Assembly: GCA_951406725.2 (NCBI GenBank)
Contig: OX597815.1
Coordinates: 1,116,001-1,180,000 of the forward strand
Direction: 5' to 3'
DNA from: Octopus vulgaris
Taxonomy: Eukaryota
Length of the DNA: 64,000 nucleotides
This document shows positions 1 to 13,371 of the stretch, piece after piece (positions within the stretch are counted from its first letter, which is position 1; each line of letters opens with the position of its first letter). The position numbers and the translations under genes are program-made. The notes beneath the pieces were generated by a model. That model was not told where the DNA came from and made no database searches. It saw only the letters and a program-made list of their open reading frames with translations.

Positions 1-2
1 AT

Positions 3-600
3 TTAAATGATAAATTTCTGGAAAATTTTACAGATTTTTACAGTTCCAGTGATGGATTGGATTTGCAGTCTTCGAATTAACTTTCTCCTTTCTAGTTTTG
101 AGAAGCCTAATTTCTCAAGATTTGTTTTTAGGCAGTGTGTTACATATCCCAGCGCCCCAATAATTACAGGTATAAACCTGAACTTGTAATCTGGATAGAG
201 TAACTGCAGATTTCTCAATAGTTCAGCATAGGTGTTCTCTTTTTCACTGATCTTCAATTTTAAGTTAACATCCGATGGGCAGCTGATTTCCACAACTGTG
301 CACAGTTTCTCTTCTCTGTCCCAAAGCATTACATCAAGTCTGTTGTGCTTACATTTTATTGAGGTCTTCACTGGGACATTCCACCAGCACTCCTTTTCAT
401 TATGAGTGGCTATGGCTTCAACCATATTGTGGGTTCTTATTTCTTTGTCCTCGGGGTTATCCTTCCAAGGGAGTTCATTCTAGAGTATCCTAGCTACTAC
501 AACGTATGTCTCATCGGTTGATAATACCATGATGACATTTTAGGACAACTGCTTATGATGTGGGTGCTATCTTCGGGTTTAGCTCCACAAAGTCTGCATC
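3..600 (-). mobile_element. 3' fragment of an RLE-type (R4/Dong-like) non-LTR retrotransposon
   Basis: ORF 3..425 reads HNRLDVMLWDREEKLCTVVEISCP...KENTY...IPVIIGALG, a degenerate PD-(D/E)xK restriction-like endonuclease C-terminus; a decayed Cys/His knuckle lies upstream (~520-600). Confidence 0.8.
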
Positions 601-1034
601 GGTCATCGGATGTATGTATGTGTGTATATATGTACTAACTATTCATCCCCTAACAATCTTTTTTTTCACTTTTTGTTTCCTCCCGAGATAAACAAAAAAA
701 AAAACAATGTCTGGAAAACGAACAAGTATTTAGAACTGGAACAAGCTTTGGTGAGAACTCTCGATCTTTGAATTTCTAATAAAATGTGTCACATTATTAC
801 GAGACACCGTGTATTGAGAGTATAATTTCAGAGAGATTTAGCTGCTATTTTTCGCAAGTTGTGCTGCTATGTCGAAGTACTTAGCAGAACCTTCCTTCTT
901 AACAGACACTAGAACGATTGAGACAATAGACGGAGACTCATTGATTAATTTGGAAAAGGAAAATATGTAAAAGCATGTATCTCGTGGACCTCTTCTGCAT
1001 AAAGAACATAATGTAAAGTGGTGGGAGCTAATGC

Positions 1035-2323
1035 ATTGGCTCATCCTATAAATATTGCAGTTTTTTCAGTTGCATGAACTAAAAGTCGGAAGGGGACAGG
1101 ATAAACTGCCTGCATCAACTTGCTACAGAAGCAGGTAGTAATATTACCTGGTTCTTATTCTTAGTGCTAATTTTGAAGAGTGCCGTTCGGTTTTAAAAGT
1201 TATTTTTTTAAAGTTATAATGAAAGTAACAAAGGAGCATATTCAGCACATTTTGCTTTCGGAGTTCAATAAAGACAACAACACGACGGAAAGTGCGAGGA
1301 ATATTGATGCAGTATATGGGGATCGGACAATAGGCATAAGCCAGTGTCAACGGTGGTTCCAGAAATTCCGAGCTAGAAACTACAGCCTAAAAGACGAGCC
1401 TCATCCTGAAATATCTGTAGAGCTCGACGAGGACGTCTTGCAAACCCTGGTGGAGCAAAATCCCATTGTTACTGTTGAGAAACTATGAGAGAAGCTTAGA
1501 TTTGGTCATTGAACCATTCATCGACACCTGCATGCCATTGGAAAAGTCAGTAATTCGGGTCAATGGGTTCCTCACAAACTTTCCGAGTGTAATTGTGTGC
1601 AAAGAGTGAATGTGTGCTCTTCTTTGCTGTCACGTCTCATGAATGAACCTTTTTTGGACTGAATAGTGACTGGTGATGAGAAATGGGTTCTCTACAAAAA
1701 TGTCCAGCGCCGAAGACAGTGGGTAGGAAAAGGAGAAACACTGACACCCCAGGCTGAAGAAGGTCTACACCCACATAAGGTGTTGTTACCTGTTTTAGTA
1801 GGATATGAAAGGTTTAGTCCACTTTGAACTTTTAAACCCAAACCAAACAATAAAAAAACGAGATTTACTGTGAGCAGTTTGAGTGGCTTAAGTCAGCACT
1901 AGAAGAAAAACGACCATCTTTGGTTTCAAGACAAAAAGTGTTCTTCCATCAGGATAATGCTTGGCCACATACTGCAAGGATGACATTCCAAAGGTTGGAG
2001 CAGTTTGAATGAGAAACAATGCCCCACCCACCATATTTGCTGGACATTGCTCCATCTGATTATCATTTATTCTGCAGTCTTCAAAATCATTTAGACCGAA
2101 AAGATATGGATTCTGTAGACGGGGTCAGAACAGTACTGGAGGAGTATTTCTCATCATGGACAAGTGAATTTTGGAAGAAGGGCCTTGCAAGTCTACCAGA
2201 TAAATGGAAGAACATTGTAGAAAATGAAGGAAAGTATATTCTAGATCAAAAAAGAACTTTATCTTAATTTTGAAAAATAATAGCAGTATAAAAAAAACCG
2301 CATTATTTATGGAGACAAAAGAA
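1035..2323 (+). mobile_element. Mariner DNA transposon with pseudogenised transposase (~1219-2267)
   Basis: Motifs WVPHKL (~1564), TGDEKW (~1669), HQDNA (~1947) and PYLLDIAPSDYHLF are interrupted by stops and frameshifts. Imperfect TIRs: ataaatattgcagtttttt (~1048) vs aaaaaaaccgcattatttat (2291). Confidence 0.9.
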
Positions 2324-2995
2324 TTATTTAACCAGTTAAAATTACACCCTAAATGAAAAGAAAATCAGTAGTATTAATGATAATACTTGTCAAGATAAGC
2401 AAGGGGGACCACTCCATATGCCATAGTGGTAAAAAATTGAAGGGGGCTGCAATTAGAAAGTGTCACCTTTTGTAAATATAGTGACTTAGATATATTCGTT
2501 ATTACAAACACTTATTACAACAAATATCGTCATTTGAAACCGCTATTTAGCGACATATTGTGATTACAACAGCTATTTACGTTTATAAACGCAGACACCT
2601 ATTTAGCTATGTACATGGACACACGGACACACACATTGCGAACAACACTGGCATATTTAAGTATTGCAATTACAATCCCATATTTAAATGTATTCTATTA
2701 CTCAGACCAATTTAGATACATTGTTATAACAGTGTTTTTTCCTTTGACTATAATTGCAACCATCGAAATGAGGCTGGGTGGGTGTATGTGTGTGTGGAAG
2801 AGTGTGTTTGCGTGTGTATGTGTGCGTATACGTGTGTATATACATACATACATACATACATGTAAGTATATATATATATATATATATATATGTCCTAAAG
2901 TTGATGAACCAACTATTGTGCTTCTCCATTTTCTTATTTGCTATATATATTTATATATACATTCACACATATATATACACACACACACACACACA

Positions 2996-3049
<54 letters not shown>

Positions 3050-3053
<4 letters not shown>

Positions 3054-3225
3054 AATCCAAACGGGAAACAAAAAAACAACAACAATGGAACAATTACAGT
3101 ATTATTATTAATAGGCGCTCAGGAAATGGAAGCAGGAAGGTATGACGTTTCGAGCGGAGCTCTTCGTCGGAAACATAAAGAAGGAAGAGAGAGGAAAGAA
3201 AGATCCCAAAGCGGGCAACAGGAGA
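3050..3225 (-). mobile_element. Penelope-like terminal-repeat remnant with minimal hammerhead-like motif (copy 1 of 3)
   Basis: Bounded by (TA)n. Minus strand reads CCGACGA-AGAGCTCCGCTC-GAAAC-GTC. Homologous to 17957-18165 and 56558-56772. Confidence 0.6.
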
Positions 3226-3317
3226 TATATATATATATATATATATACATACATACATATATGTATGTATATGTAAAGACAGTCAGACAGACAGACAAAT
3301 AAATACATACACCCCGT

Positions 3318-4327
3318 ACATACATACATACATACATACATACATACATACATACATACACACATATACATACATACATACACATACATACATACACACA
3401 CACATACATACATACGTACATACATACATACATACATACATACATACATACATACATACATACATACATACATACACACATATACATACATACATACATA
3501 CATACATACATACATACATACATACATACATACATACATACATACATACATACATACATACATACATACACACATATACATACATACATACACATACATA
3601 CATGCACACACACATACATACATACGTACATACATACATACGTACATACATACATACATACATACATACATACATACATACATACATACATACATACATA
3701 CATACATACATAGACACACACATACATACATACATACATACATACATACATACATACATACATACATACATACATACATACATACATACATACATACATA
3801 CATAGACACACATACATACATACATACATACATACATACATACATACATACATACATACATACATACATACATACATACATACATACATACATACATACA
3901 TACATACATACATACATACATACATACATACATACATACATACATACAATACACACATATATACATACATACATACATACATACATACATACATACATAC
4001 ATACATACACACATACATACATACATACATACATACATAGACACACACATACATACATACATACATACATACATACATACATACATACATACATACATAC
4101 ATAGACACACACATACATACATACATACACACATACATACATACATACATACATACATACATACACACATACATACATACATACATACATACATACATAC
4201 ATACATACACACACATACATACATACATACATACATACATACATACATACATACATACATACATACATACATACATACATACATACATACATACATACAT
4301 GCATACATACATATATACACACATATA

Positions 4328-4361
<34 letters not shown>

Positions 4362-4499
4362 CACACATATATACATACATACATACATACATACATACAT
4401 ACATACATACATACATACATACATACATACATACATACATACATACATACATACATACATACATACATACATACATACATACATACATACATACATACA

Positions 4500-4533
<34 letters not shown>

Positions 4534-4547
4534 CACACATATATACA

Positions 4548-4581
<34 letters not shown>

Positions 4582-4667
4582 CACACATATATACATACAT
4601 ACATACATACATACATACATACATACATACATACATACATACATACATACACACATACATACATACA

Positions 4668-4701
<34 letters not shown>

Positions 4702-4711
4702 CACACATATA

Positions 4712-4745
<34 letters not shown>

Positions 4746-4900
4746 CACACATATATACATACATACATACATACATATATACACACATATATACATACAT
4801 ACATACATACATACATACATACATACATACACACATACATACATACATACACACACATATACATCCATACATACATACACACATACATCCATACATACAT
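3318..4900. repeat. ~1.6 kb (CATA)n tetranucleotide microsatellite
   Basis: Seen directly; it generates the MYVC/HTYI pseudo-ORFs. Confidence 0.99.
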
Positions 4901-5687
4901 TATGCAGACAGAAAGGTGGAGATGTAATTCCAGCCCAGCTGGGGGCAACTGTTTCTTGTAAAGCTTCCCATTTACAACATTTATTCAAACTAATTATTTT
5001 TAATGACAAAGCTTCGTCACTTTCCCTCCTCCTCCTCCTCCTCCTCCTCTTTCATTCTTTCATTCTTTCCTCCTTGTGTTCAGTCAGTCATTCGATTATT
5101 ATTATCGTCATTATTATTGTAGAAGTGAAATAAAGCTCTCCTTCTTACGTGTGTATATAACAATGACTGTTGTCGACGTGTCGTCAGAAGTGGAGAAAAA
5201 TCTGGAAACGACAGCAGCCATTGCTATTTTGGCATCACGGAACGGTTATTGCTTTTCAAAACAATTATTTCTTCTCACTGACCGTACGTGCTCAGGCATT
5301 CGAGTACATACATATATATGAGTTAAGTTTTGGGCTACTATTGAATGTCTAATTAGAAATAATTACATGGTGAGCTAGAAACAATATTAGCTGTACGACT
5401 TTAGTTTGGAAATGATTCTGGCAAATATGTAGGGATTATTTCCAACACGTTTCCATCTTATGAAACCTCTTCAACATAAACTGCACCGTATTCACTGAGA
5501 ATTCAGTAAATAAGATATGCAGTTTTATAAATGAGTGTGTGGAATGAATTAGAATATTCCTTTGTAATCTAGGCACAAGGCCTGGAATTTTGGGTAATTT
5601 TGGGTAAGCATGCAAATGGTACTTATTTCATCGACCCTGGAAGGATGAAATGCAAAGTCGACTTCAGTGGAATTTGATCTCAGAACC

Positions 5688-6150
5688 CAATGGCAGCTCA
5701 TAGATAAAATTAGTGGTGAGGTTGCAGCTTCAGAAAATTTGTAGTTGTTTTAATATTGTATAAAATGACACAAACATATAAATAGAAAACTTAAACATAA
5801 ACTTGATTGCTTTGTGTTTTAGCCATTGCCAGGTAGTGTGTTTAATTTGTTCACTGAACACTGGTGCGAATTCCCCCTTGTTTTTCAAAATCACCCCCAA
5901 AGCACAAAATAAGGGGGTGAAAATCTGCCCTATTTTTCACATCCTGGCAGCAACACTGAAGCTGGAAGCAGGATAATAATCTAATTCTACACTTTATCAC
6001 ATTCAAGAATATAAACATGTTTTTAAGCACAACACATACAAAGTCAAAGAGAAACACTACTTTTCACCCAATACTGTCATTCATGCAGTGCTCTCTCTCT
6101 CCCTAGTGTGAAGCTTCCTATCTCGGACATGTGAGCATGTGCACAACAGC
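5688..6150 (-). mobile_element. Non-autonomous DNA-transposon (hAT-like) segment; inverted copy of 12020-12877
   Basis: Terminus caatggcagctc resembles CAGTGGCGGCTC. ORF-track peptides 5851..6057(-) and 12118..12324(+) are near-identical. Confidence 0.6.
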
Positions 6151-6511
6151 CAAACACCGCGTCGCTGGAACTGTGAAGTGCACAGTTCTATACAAGGATT
6201 TTTGTATTTTTTTCATAAACTAGGGGATGGTTCCTGACATTGAGCTTAAGGATTATATAATGTACAAGAATAAAGAAAGAATTAAGGAAAAAGGGACTGA
6301 TTATATTGAATGTTATCGAAAATATTGAGTGGAAATAGGGGGAGCTGCAGTCTGCAGTTCTGCAGTGTGTATACATGAGATGCCATTGTCAGAACATAAA
6401 GACGTACGAAATCCCCAGAACATTCTGTCCAGCATGGCAATGGCTCTGCCAGCTTACCATCTTGGAGGAATTGAAATTTTGGAAAAAGAAAACCATTGCT
6501 ATGATTAATTA

Positions 6512-6571
<60 letters not shown>

Positions 6572-6574
6572 CGC

Positions 6575-7955
6575 GCGCGAAGGTGAGTGGGTTAGTGGTC
6601 ACGGCATTCAGCTGACGGTCGTCGTGTGATTCTAGCAGCATAGCAATAGGGGTTGTACTGGAAATCGGAGGTGTCAAAGTGGAGGACGCGGCCTGGCTTC
6701 GAAAAGCTGATGATTACAACCATATCAATGTGACTGAGTTGGATACAGTGCTGAAGCGGGTGAATTTGGCCCTGATATGGGAGCTGCACTCAATTGAACC
6801 GATTCGGCTGGATAGGATAAGTGATCAGCAACGAAAAGAGGGTTAGAACCAAAGGGGCAGCAGAGATGATAGTAAAGTGCCGCCTAGGGATTCTAGGGGA
6901 ACTGGCTATCGAATGTGAAGCTGAGCCTGGTTTTTGTGCCTTCAGAAAGGAACAAGGCAGATGTTTTAACCAGGGGGAAAAAGGTCTGGTTGGCGGAGAC
7001 GGAAGATTCGGAGCAGGGGATAGCTACAGTGTGTCGGTTAAATGACTCAGAACTAAGGAGACCGCATGCCATGCACCATATGGGTGTGGATAGAACCCTG
7101 TATCTGGGCAGGAGGGTTGACGCTAATGTTACTAGGCAGAACATCCAAAAGGTGGTCGGAAATTGTGATAGGTGTCAATCCATTGATCCTACTCCAGGTG
7201 TGCATGAGCAGGGAAGTGTCTCGATAGATCACAATTGGAGACGATTGATGGTAGCTGTGACACACTATCGGCAGGGGGAATATCTCGTGGTGGTCAACTG
7301 TGGGCCAAGTCGGATGGTCATTTGGAGGGAAATGAAGACAGGTACTGCAGGCGAGATTGCATGTATTCTGAACGAGATATTCCTGGAGCAGGGCTTTGTA
7401 GACGAATTGCTTCTCGTTTGGAGATACGGAAGAAGATGCTTGATAAGTGGAACATGCCCGCTTCTTCAGAGCAGCGTACAGGCTGATTGGAAATAGGATC
7501 GAATGATCGAGGACATGACAGAGAGGGGAAGAGAGGGGACGCATCTAAACGCTGGAAGCAGTGTCTGGTAGAATATGTCCCTCCGGTCAGGACAGGCCGA
7601 AGAGTCTGTGCCACACAGAGCGATGTTCAGATGTGAATGGCAGCATCTGAATAAACCATTACAATGCCCTGCAGAAGAGAGAGAGCCTGTCTTCGTGGAG
7701 GTGGAAGATGAAATCAGGGTCAAGCCCCTGAAGGCCCGCTATACATCTCAGTGGAACAGAGGAAAAATGACGGCTGTCGACACCAGAAATAACGTTTCTG
7801 TGGTTGGAATGCTGCGTCACGTTTTGGATGTTCACAGGATTGTCGCTTGGTTGGACGTCAGTGGAGGAGAGGAAGAGAACGAGGGTTCATCCCTACGGAG
7901 ATCACAGCGTGTGAGGCGTCCACCTGAGTGGACAGCAGATTTTGACGTTGAGTAA
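6575..7955 (+). mobile_element. Degenerate Gypsy/Ty3-type LTR-retrotransposon pol (RNase H and integrase)
   Basis: Contains ...EDAAWLRKADDYNHINVTELD..., FVPSERNKADVLTR, the integrase HHCC (HAMHHMGVDRT...CDRCQSID) and ...NRIE*SRT; frameshifted. Confidence 0.8.
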
Positions 7956-7987
7956 AGTGAGGAGGTGATCTTTGAGATCAGAGGCCG

Positions 7988-8279
7988 TGTGGGGATGAGA
8001 TGAGTCGGAAGGAAAGGGCTGTGATTTCAACGGCCAAAGGGCTTGACCAGAACAAGAAGAGTGAGAGAGGAAATGAAGGAAGGAAGACCAGGGTGGTCCT
8101 CTTTTGCCTTGGCGTTCACGACGGACTGACATGAGGTGATCGGAGAGGAATCGTTAGCTGCTATTGTTAGGTGCACGGGCGGGTTGCGAGTTTTGTATTG
8201 AGTCCAGCTGCACGGCAGACGACGAGAAGACGGGCAAATCGTTTCTTATTTCCCCGCATTACAGTTCCCTCATACAACA
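7988..8279 (+). mobile_element. Probable 3' LTR of the Gypsy remnant
   Basis: Follows the pol stop and a purine-rich stretch; begins TGTGG and ends caACA. No second LTR is available to confirm it. Confidence 0.45.
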
Positions 8280-8438
8280 GTAACATAAGCCAAGGATTCC
8301 CTCTCCACCCACGTGGTGTGATGACCCGCCCCGATGGAGGACGGGGGAAAAGGAGACAGGTAAGTTGATACGGCCCCCCTTCTCATGTTCTGTCTACCAA
8401 ATCTACTTCATAAAGCATTGGTCACACTTAGGCTATGG

Positions 8439-8648
8439 GGCGATCTTTCGGTACAAGTACCATAACTGCCAATTATAAACCCACGTGGGTTTATTTACAT
8501 TTCTGAAGAAAAAAGAAACCGTTTCCCCCCACCCTAACCCTAACCCTAACCCCACATATATAAAAAAAAACTTTACGGAAAGTGACGATCTTCTTCAAAT
8601 GTAAACAAACAGACTTGGCAGTTATTGTACTTGTACCGAAAGATCGTC
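8439..8648. mobile_element. 210-bp MITE with 34-bp TIRs, 8-bp TSD and internal (CCCTAA)3
   Basis: TIRs at 8439-8472 and 8615-8648 (2 mismatches); TSD ggctatgg at 8431-8438 and 8649-8656. Confidence 0.9.
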
Positions 8649-10606
8649 GGCTATGGTGAACGCAGTCCAAGATGGTGCACAGGTAGATCCTTTTTCTCCT
8701 AACACTCATGATTAACATTGTACTTTCTTTTGTTCCCAGACTTTACAAATAGCAGATATCGAAACCCCTTTCATAACAACTGAAACTAGTGTGTCCCCAA
8801 TACTAAACATCCTCTTCACATACAGAAACCACAGCGATGACCGAGTCCAATGCCCTGTTGCTACATCGTAAATATTGCAGAGACGTTTTTGTATATGGAA
8901 AAAAGTCCGACCCGACTGGTTCGCTCGGTAATCCTTCGTTACAACCACAAACACAACACACATCGTCTCAATTCTCTTGTTACTGCAGTGGCCTGGGATC
9001 AATATCATTCCAAGCCAATTAACACACTTCTTCTCCTTTTATCGTTCTTGTTATGTCTCAACATCAAAGTCCTTCACTAAACACTTCACTTCAAAGAAAT
9101 CATTACTTGCAATCGGCTGCAGCAACCCCGCCGCGACCACCACCACCACCACTTCCCACATTCTCTCTACAAACATCAACCTACTGAAGTTGAAGATGAT
9201 CATTGAGATAAAATGCTAATAAAATTGAAGAGGGTTTCTCCGTTAAATGTCAGAATTGTGTGAGACTTAATCGTTTCTCAGCTGATTGTTTCGTCTGTCT
9301 GTCGGTTGCTTTGAAATAATGTTATGTCGTCTGGTAAACTGCTTTCGTTTGTGTAACAGCAGACGTTAGTTGCTGACACGGCGGGAAAATTAGGAGTAGA
9401 TTGTGGTCCATATAAAGACCCTCACCCGTTAACGAAAACAGAGAAAAGAAAAACCCAGCCTGCTGGGTGTTAACAACTGTGTAGAAAACGAATAGGACAA
9501 AAATTGTTGTGATTTGATGTGGTTGTCGTTTATAGCAGGTCGAGTGAGAACCAGAACCAGCGTGAAAGCCTCTGTGATCGGCCAGCTTAGGTAAAAATAG
9601 CAGCCAAATCCCCCTCAAACCACACCTTGCCATCTTTAAAACGGACATTCGATAACGTAGTTCAGAGTACAGTATTGCTGAAAAAGAAAGACAGGGTGGT
9701 CATGGTTTGATTGTCGTTGTTCATAGGTGTGCTGGATGATGGCTGACCTTGGGTAAACAACAATCTACTGCAACAACATAACTATCCCAACCATGACCTA
9801 CACCCATTAACGATGACAACACCTTGCACAAAAGCTTTAAACCATTTCCTTGAAAAATTATTTCACCCGACACTTTGCATTTCCACTGTAGCGGTGATTC
9901 GAAACCTAACCGCTATAAATCAGCGTGAGGTTGTGCCGTGGTATGGTTTTTTCGATTGTTCTAGAGCGCAATCCCTTGCCCTCCCAAAAGCGTAGCTGAG
10001 AGAGCAAACTTCCGACCAAACGGAAATTTGCGCAGTTGCTTTCGTATATTTCTGGACCGGCTGCATGACGTCAGGCAGATAGCTTTCGGTAATTCCAGGT
10101 CAGTTTGACTCTGCCAGTCGGCAATTTTCTTTATATTGTTCATAGTAAATAGCCAACATTAAATATCTTTATGTCCAGCAATAAATATTCAGTTAAATGC
10201 CCACGAGTTCTTCCAGCTATTAATGTGGCCAACGAAATACATCTTCGTTCCTCAAGCGACAAACAACCAACGACAGCAACAATCACAACGAACTGGCGCG
10301 GATGCAGTTGTGATCGTTATTTCGGCCAACTACGGCGGCAAGCTGGCAGAATCGTTTGTGATTTTCGTTATAAATCAATAAATAAAATGTGTCTGTAGAA
10401 GGACCGTGCGAAAAGGAGATGGTGACGAATGAATGACTCCTTCAAACACCGCACGGTCACCTTACAATAAAAGCCAAAATAGGGATGAATGAGTGTGAGT
10501 GCCAGAAAGAATAAGGAGACGACACAACCGTAGAATGTTTAAGAGAAAGGTTTTATTTAGATGCGAACAGAGTGTGTCCGTGAGTGCGACAAAAGTACAT
10601 ACATAC

Positions 10607-10708
<102 letters not shown>

Positions 10709-10905
10709 GACAGGCCGTCATGCATACAATAACGTGTATGAGTATTAGCTGAGTGTGCCTGTGTGTTCGCCATAAGTACATATATAATAAGTAATAACAG
10801 ACAGGCCGTCAAGCATACATAATGTGTATGTGTGTACAAACAAGGGTGTATGCGTGTGAGATAAAATACAGAGCATAGAAATGAGTCTATCAGGACGCTA
10901 GAAGT

Positions 10906-11088
10906 TCAGACACAAGATGAAGATAATACCAGTTCGTAGTAAGTTGCACAATAGTAGTTCTGTAACAATGAAGTTGAGGCGAACAAGGCAGAGCCGGTTA
11001 CTACGTGTTGAGTAGAGGTTGTGGCTTCCATGCTGTGCCGGGTTACTTGGTACAGAAGGTTCTCGCAGGTTGAGCTACTGTTAACCAT
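10906..11088 (-). CDS. Candidate small ORF (60 aa) or first coding exon of an unidentified gene
   Basis: ATG in strong Kozak context (ttcACCATGG) about 200 nt downstream of the site a TATA box would position; non-repetitive. No family recognised. Confidence 0.35.
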   Translation of the reverse strand: MVNSSSTCENLLYQVTRHSMEATTSTQHVVTGSALFASTSLLQNYYCATYYELVLSSSCV

Positions 11089-11284
11089 GGTGAAGTATTC
11101 ACAAACAGTGAGAAGTTAAACCTGGGCGAATGTTGGCGTTGATAAGATGAAGGCGACGAAAATGGAGACGACGTTAAGATTGAAGGCGACGTTAAAATGA
11201 AGGCGACGGTGGTGGAGGTCCTGAATATTTGCTGGTATTGTCTGTCGCGGGAACTGGCTGTGCTCTGTGGTCAGTGGTCTTGAA

Positions 11285-11451
11285 CCAAAGGCGAGTTAGG
11301 GTGAATCGCTGAAGCTTTTATAGCAAATTATAGGCTCAAACGGAGCATTTAGAAGAGTGCGTCACGGGACCTTATCAGAAGGCTGCGATTGGTTGGGTCG
11401 CACACTGGCGCGAAATAAAGCAAGAGACAAACTGCACCAAAACCAACCAAT
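11285..11451 (-). promoter_or_regulatory. Pol II-type core and proximal promoter on the minus strand
   Basis: TATAAAAG (11315-11322, rc), TGCGTCA CRE/AP1-like (11358-11364), CCAAT boxes (11388-11392 rc; 11447-11451), E2F site TTTCGCGCC (11407-11415, rc); locally CpG-rich. Confidence 0.6.
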
Positions 11452-11946
11452 CAGAGTAGTGGACACAACAGGGCCCAAGCGGCCAGAGGTTAACTGTTAT
11501 CTGCTACGTCCGTATTTATGTTATATATGTGAGAGAGAGAGAGGATTAATTTCACTTAGCTCTGCTACAAGTTATTAGTAATTAAAGTTTGAAAATTTTG
11601 GTAATTTTAGCCAACCATAAGTCACAGACACATTCATGGCTGTTTCGATAGTAAGAAGCGGAACACGAGAATTCAACGTGCCTGTTGCCATTGTAACAAG
11701 CGAATCCAAACAGTCTTTTATCTAAGAGGAAGCTCATTTTGATAAATTCGATTCTGTGTTCTGTGGTCCGTGTGATTATGGCAGAAAGCTCCAGCAACTT
11801 CGCTTCTATTAAATTAAATGTTTGTTTTTTAAGCATATTTAAATTGTAATTAAACATATTCAAATTGTTTGTTTCTTTTTGTCATTGAGCTTTGAGGTGG
11901 TTGTGAGGTGTGCTAAAAATAACAGCTAAATAAGATTTATCTACGT

Positions 11947-12877
11947 CAGAGGTTCTCAAACATTTTGGGCCACTGCTCCCTCATGGTCCCATAATACCCT
12001 CAGCACTCCCACCCCTGTTGTGCGCATGCACACATGTCTGAGATAGGAAGTTGAACGCTAGGGAGAGAGAGCACTGTGGTTCACGCAGTGCCGATCCTAG
12101 TGTGCTGGTGAAAGGTAGTGTTTCTTTTTGATTCCGTGTGTGTTGTGCTTAAAAACGTGTTTATATTCTTTAATATGATAAAATGTAGAATAAGATTATT
12201 ATCCTGCTTCCAGCTACAGTATTACTACCAGGATTTGAAAAATAGGGCAGTTTTTCCCCCCTTATTTTGTGATTTTGGTGTGATTTTTGAAAAACTAGGG
12301 GGAATTCGCGGCGGTGTTCAGTGAACAAGTTAAACACACTACCCGGCAGTGGCTAAAAGGCAAACCAATCAAGTTTATGTATTACTCTTTTACTCTTTTA
12401 CTTGTTTCAGTCATTTGACTGCGGCCATGCTGGAGCACCGCCTTTAGTCGAGCAAATCGGCCCCATGACTTATTCTTTGTAAGCCCAGTACTTATTCTAT
12501 CGGTCTGTTTTGCCGAACCGCTAAGTGACGAGGACGTAAACACACCAGCATCGGTTGTCAAGCAACGCTAGGGGGACAAACACACAAACACACACACATA
12601 CACATACACACATATATATATACATATATACGACAGGCTTCTTTCAGTTTCCGTCTACCAAATCCACTCACAAGGCATTGGTCGACCCGGGGCTATAGCA
12701 GAAGACACTTGCCCAAGATGCCATGCAGTGGGACTGAACCCGGAACCATGTGGTTGGTTAGCAAGCTACTTACCACACAGCCACTCTATGGTTGTTTCCT
12801 TTTACACAATATTAAAACAACAGCTAAACATTTTCTGAAGCGGCACCCCGACTAATTTTATCTACGAGCCGCCACTG
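11947..12877 (+). mobile_element. hAT-like non-autonomous element interrupted by a SINE
   Basis: Left end cagaggttctcaaac (Charlie-like), right end gagccgccactg; homologous to 5688-6150. Confidence 0.55.
12382..12787 (-). mobile_element. tRNA-derived CORE-type SINE (family A)
   Basis: Reverse complement of the full copy at 37028-37425; has the (AAAGAGT)n-like tail and an internal CA/TA microsatellite. Confidence 0.9.
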
Positions 12878-13371
12878 ACAGAGACAGAGGAAGAGAGACG
12901 GACGGACGGACAGACAGACAGAGAGACAGATAGTTGATTACACACAAACGTATTTTTAGGTGGTGCAGGATCCAGTGTACTTTAATATTGATAGCTGATT
13001 TAAAGCAAAGCAGTTATTTTTAATATTGCTTTCGAAGTATCCGTGCAACAGATTGATCAGAGTCCAATCAAATCGATTCAGTATATTTAGTGGTCCCTGT
13101 TATTGATCTGATAGGGAATAAGAAATTGAGTGGGAACAAGGGAGATAACTACTTATACATTCAATGATTCTGTCAAAATTCAAGTGAAAACTGTCGTAGT
13201 TATGTCCCTTATCCAATCTCGCTGAACCGAAAGATTTGGTGCAGAAAGACGTAACTTAACAAAAAAAAAAGAAAACAATTTCTTTTTCGGTTTTGATTCA
13301 TTGAAATGTCGGCAGACAAAAATATTGATAGATAAATACAAAATGGGAGTGTGGTCGTTGGCAGAGTTGTC

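Noticed and set aside
3108-5009. 500-630 aa MYVC-repeat ORFs
   Set aside because: Translations of the (CATA)n microsatellite, which has no stop codons in several frames.
8739-9190. Coding exon after an acceptor-like tcccag (Ser/Gln/Pro-rich short ORFs)
   Set aside because: Stops occur in all frames within a short distance, no domain is recognisable and there are no partner exons.
10906-11088. Antizyme ORF1 with a +1 frameshift
   Set aside because: Similar size and MV-start, but it lacks the GPxW(C/W)S* / UCC-UGA signature and no ORF2 follows.
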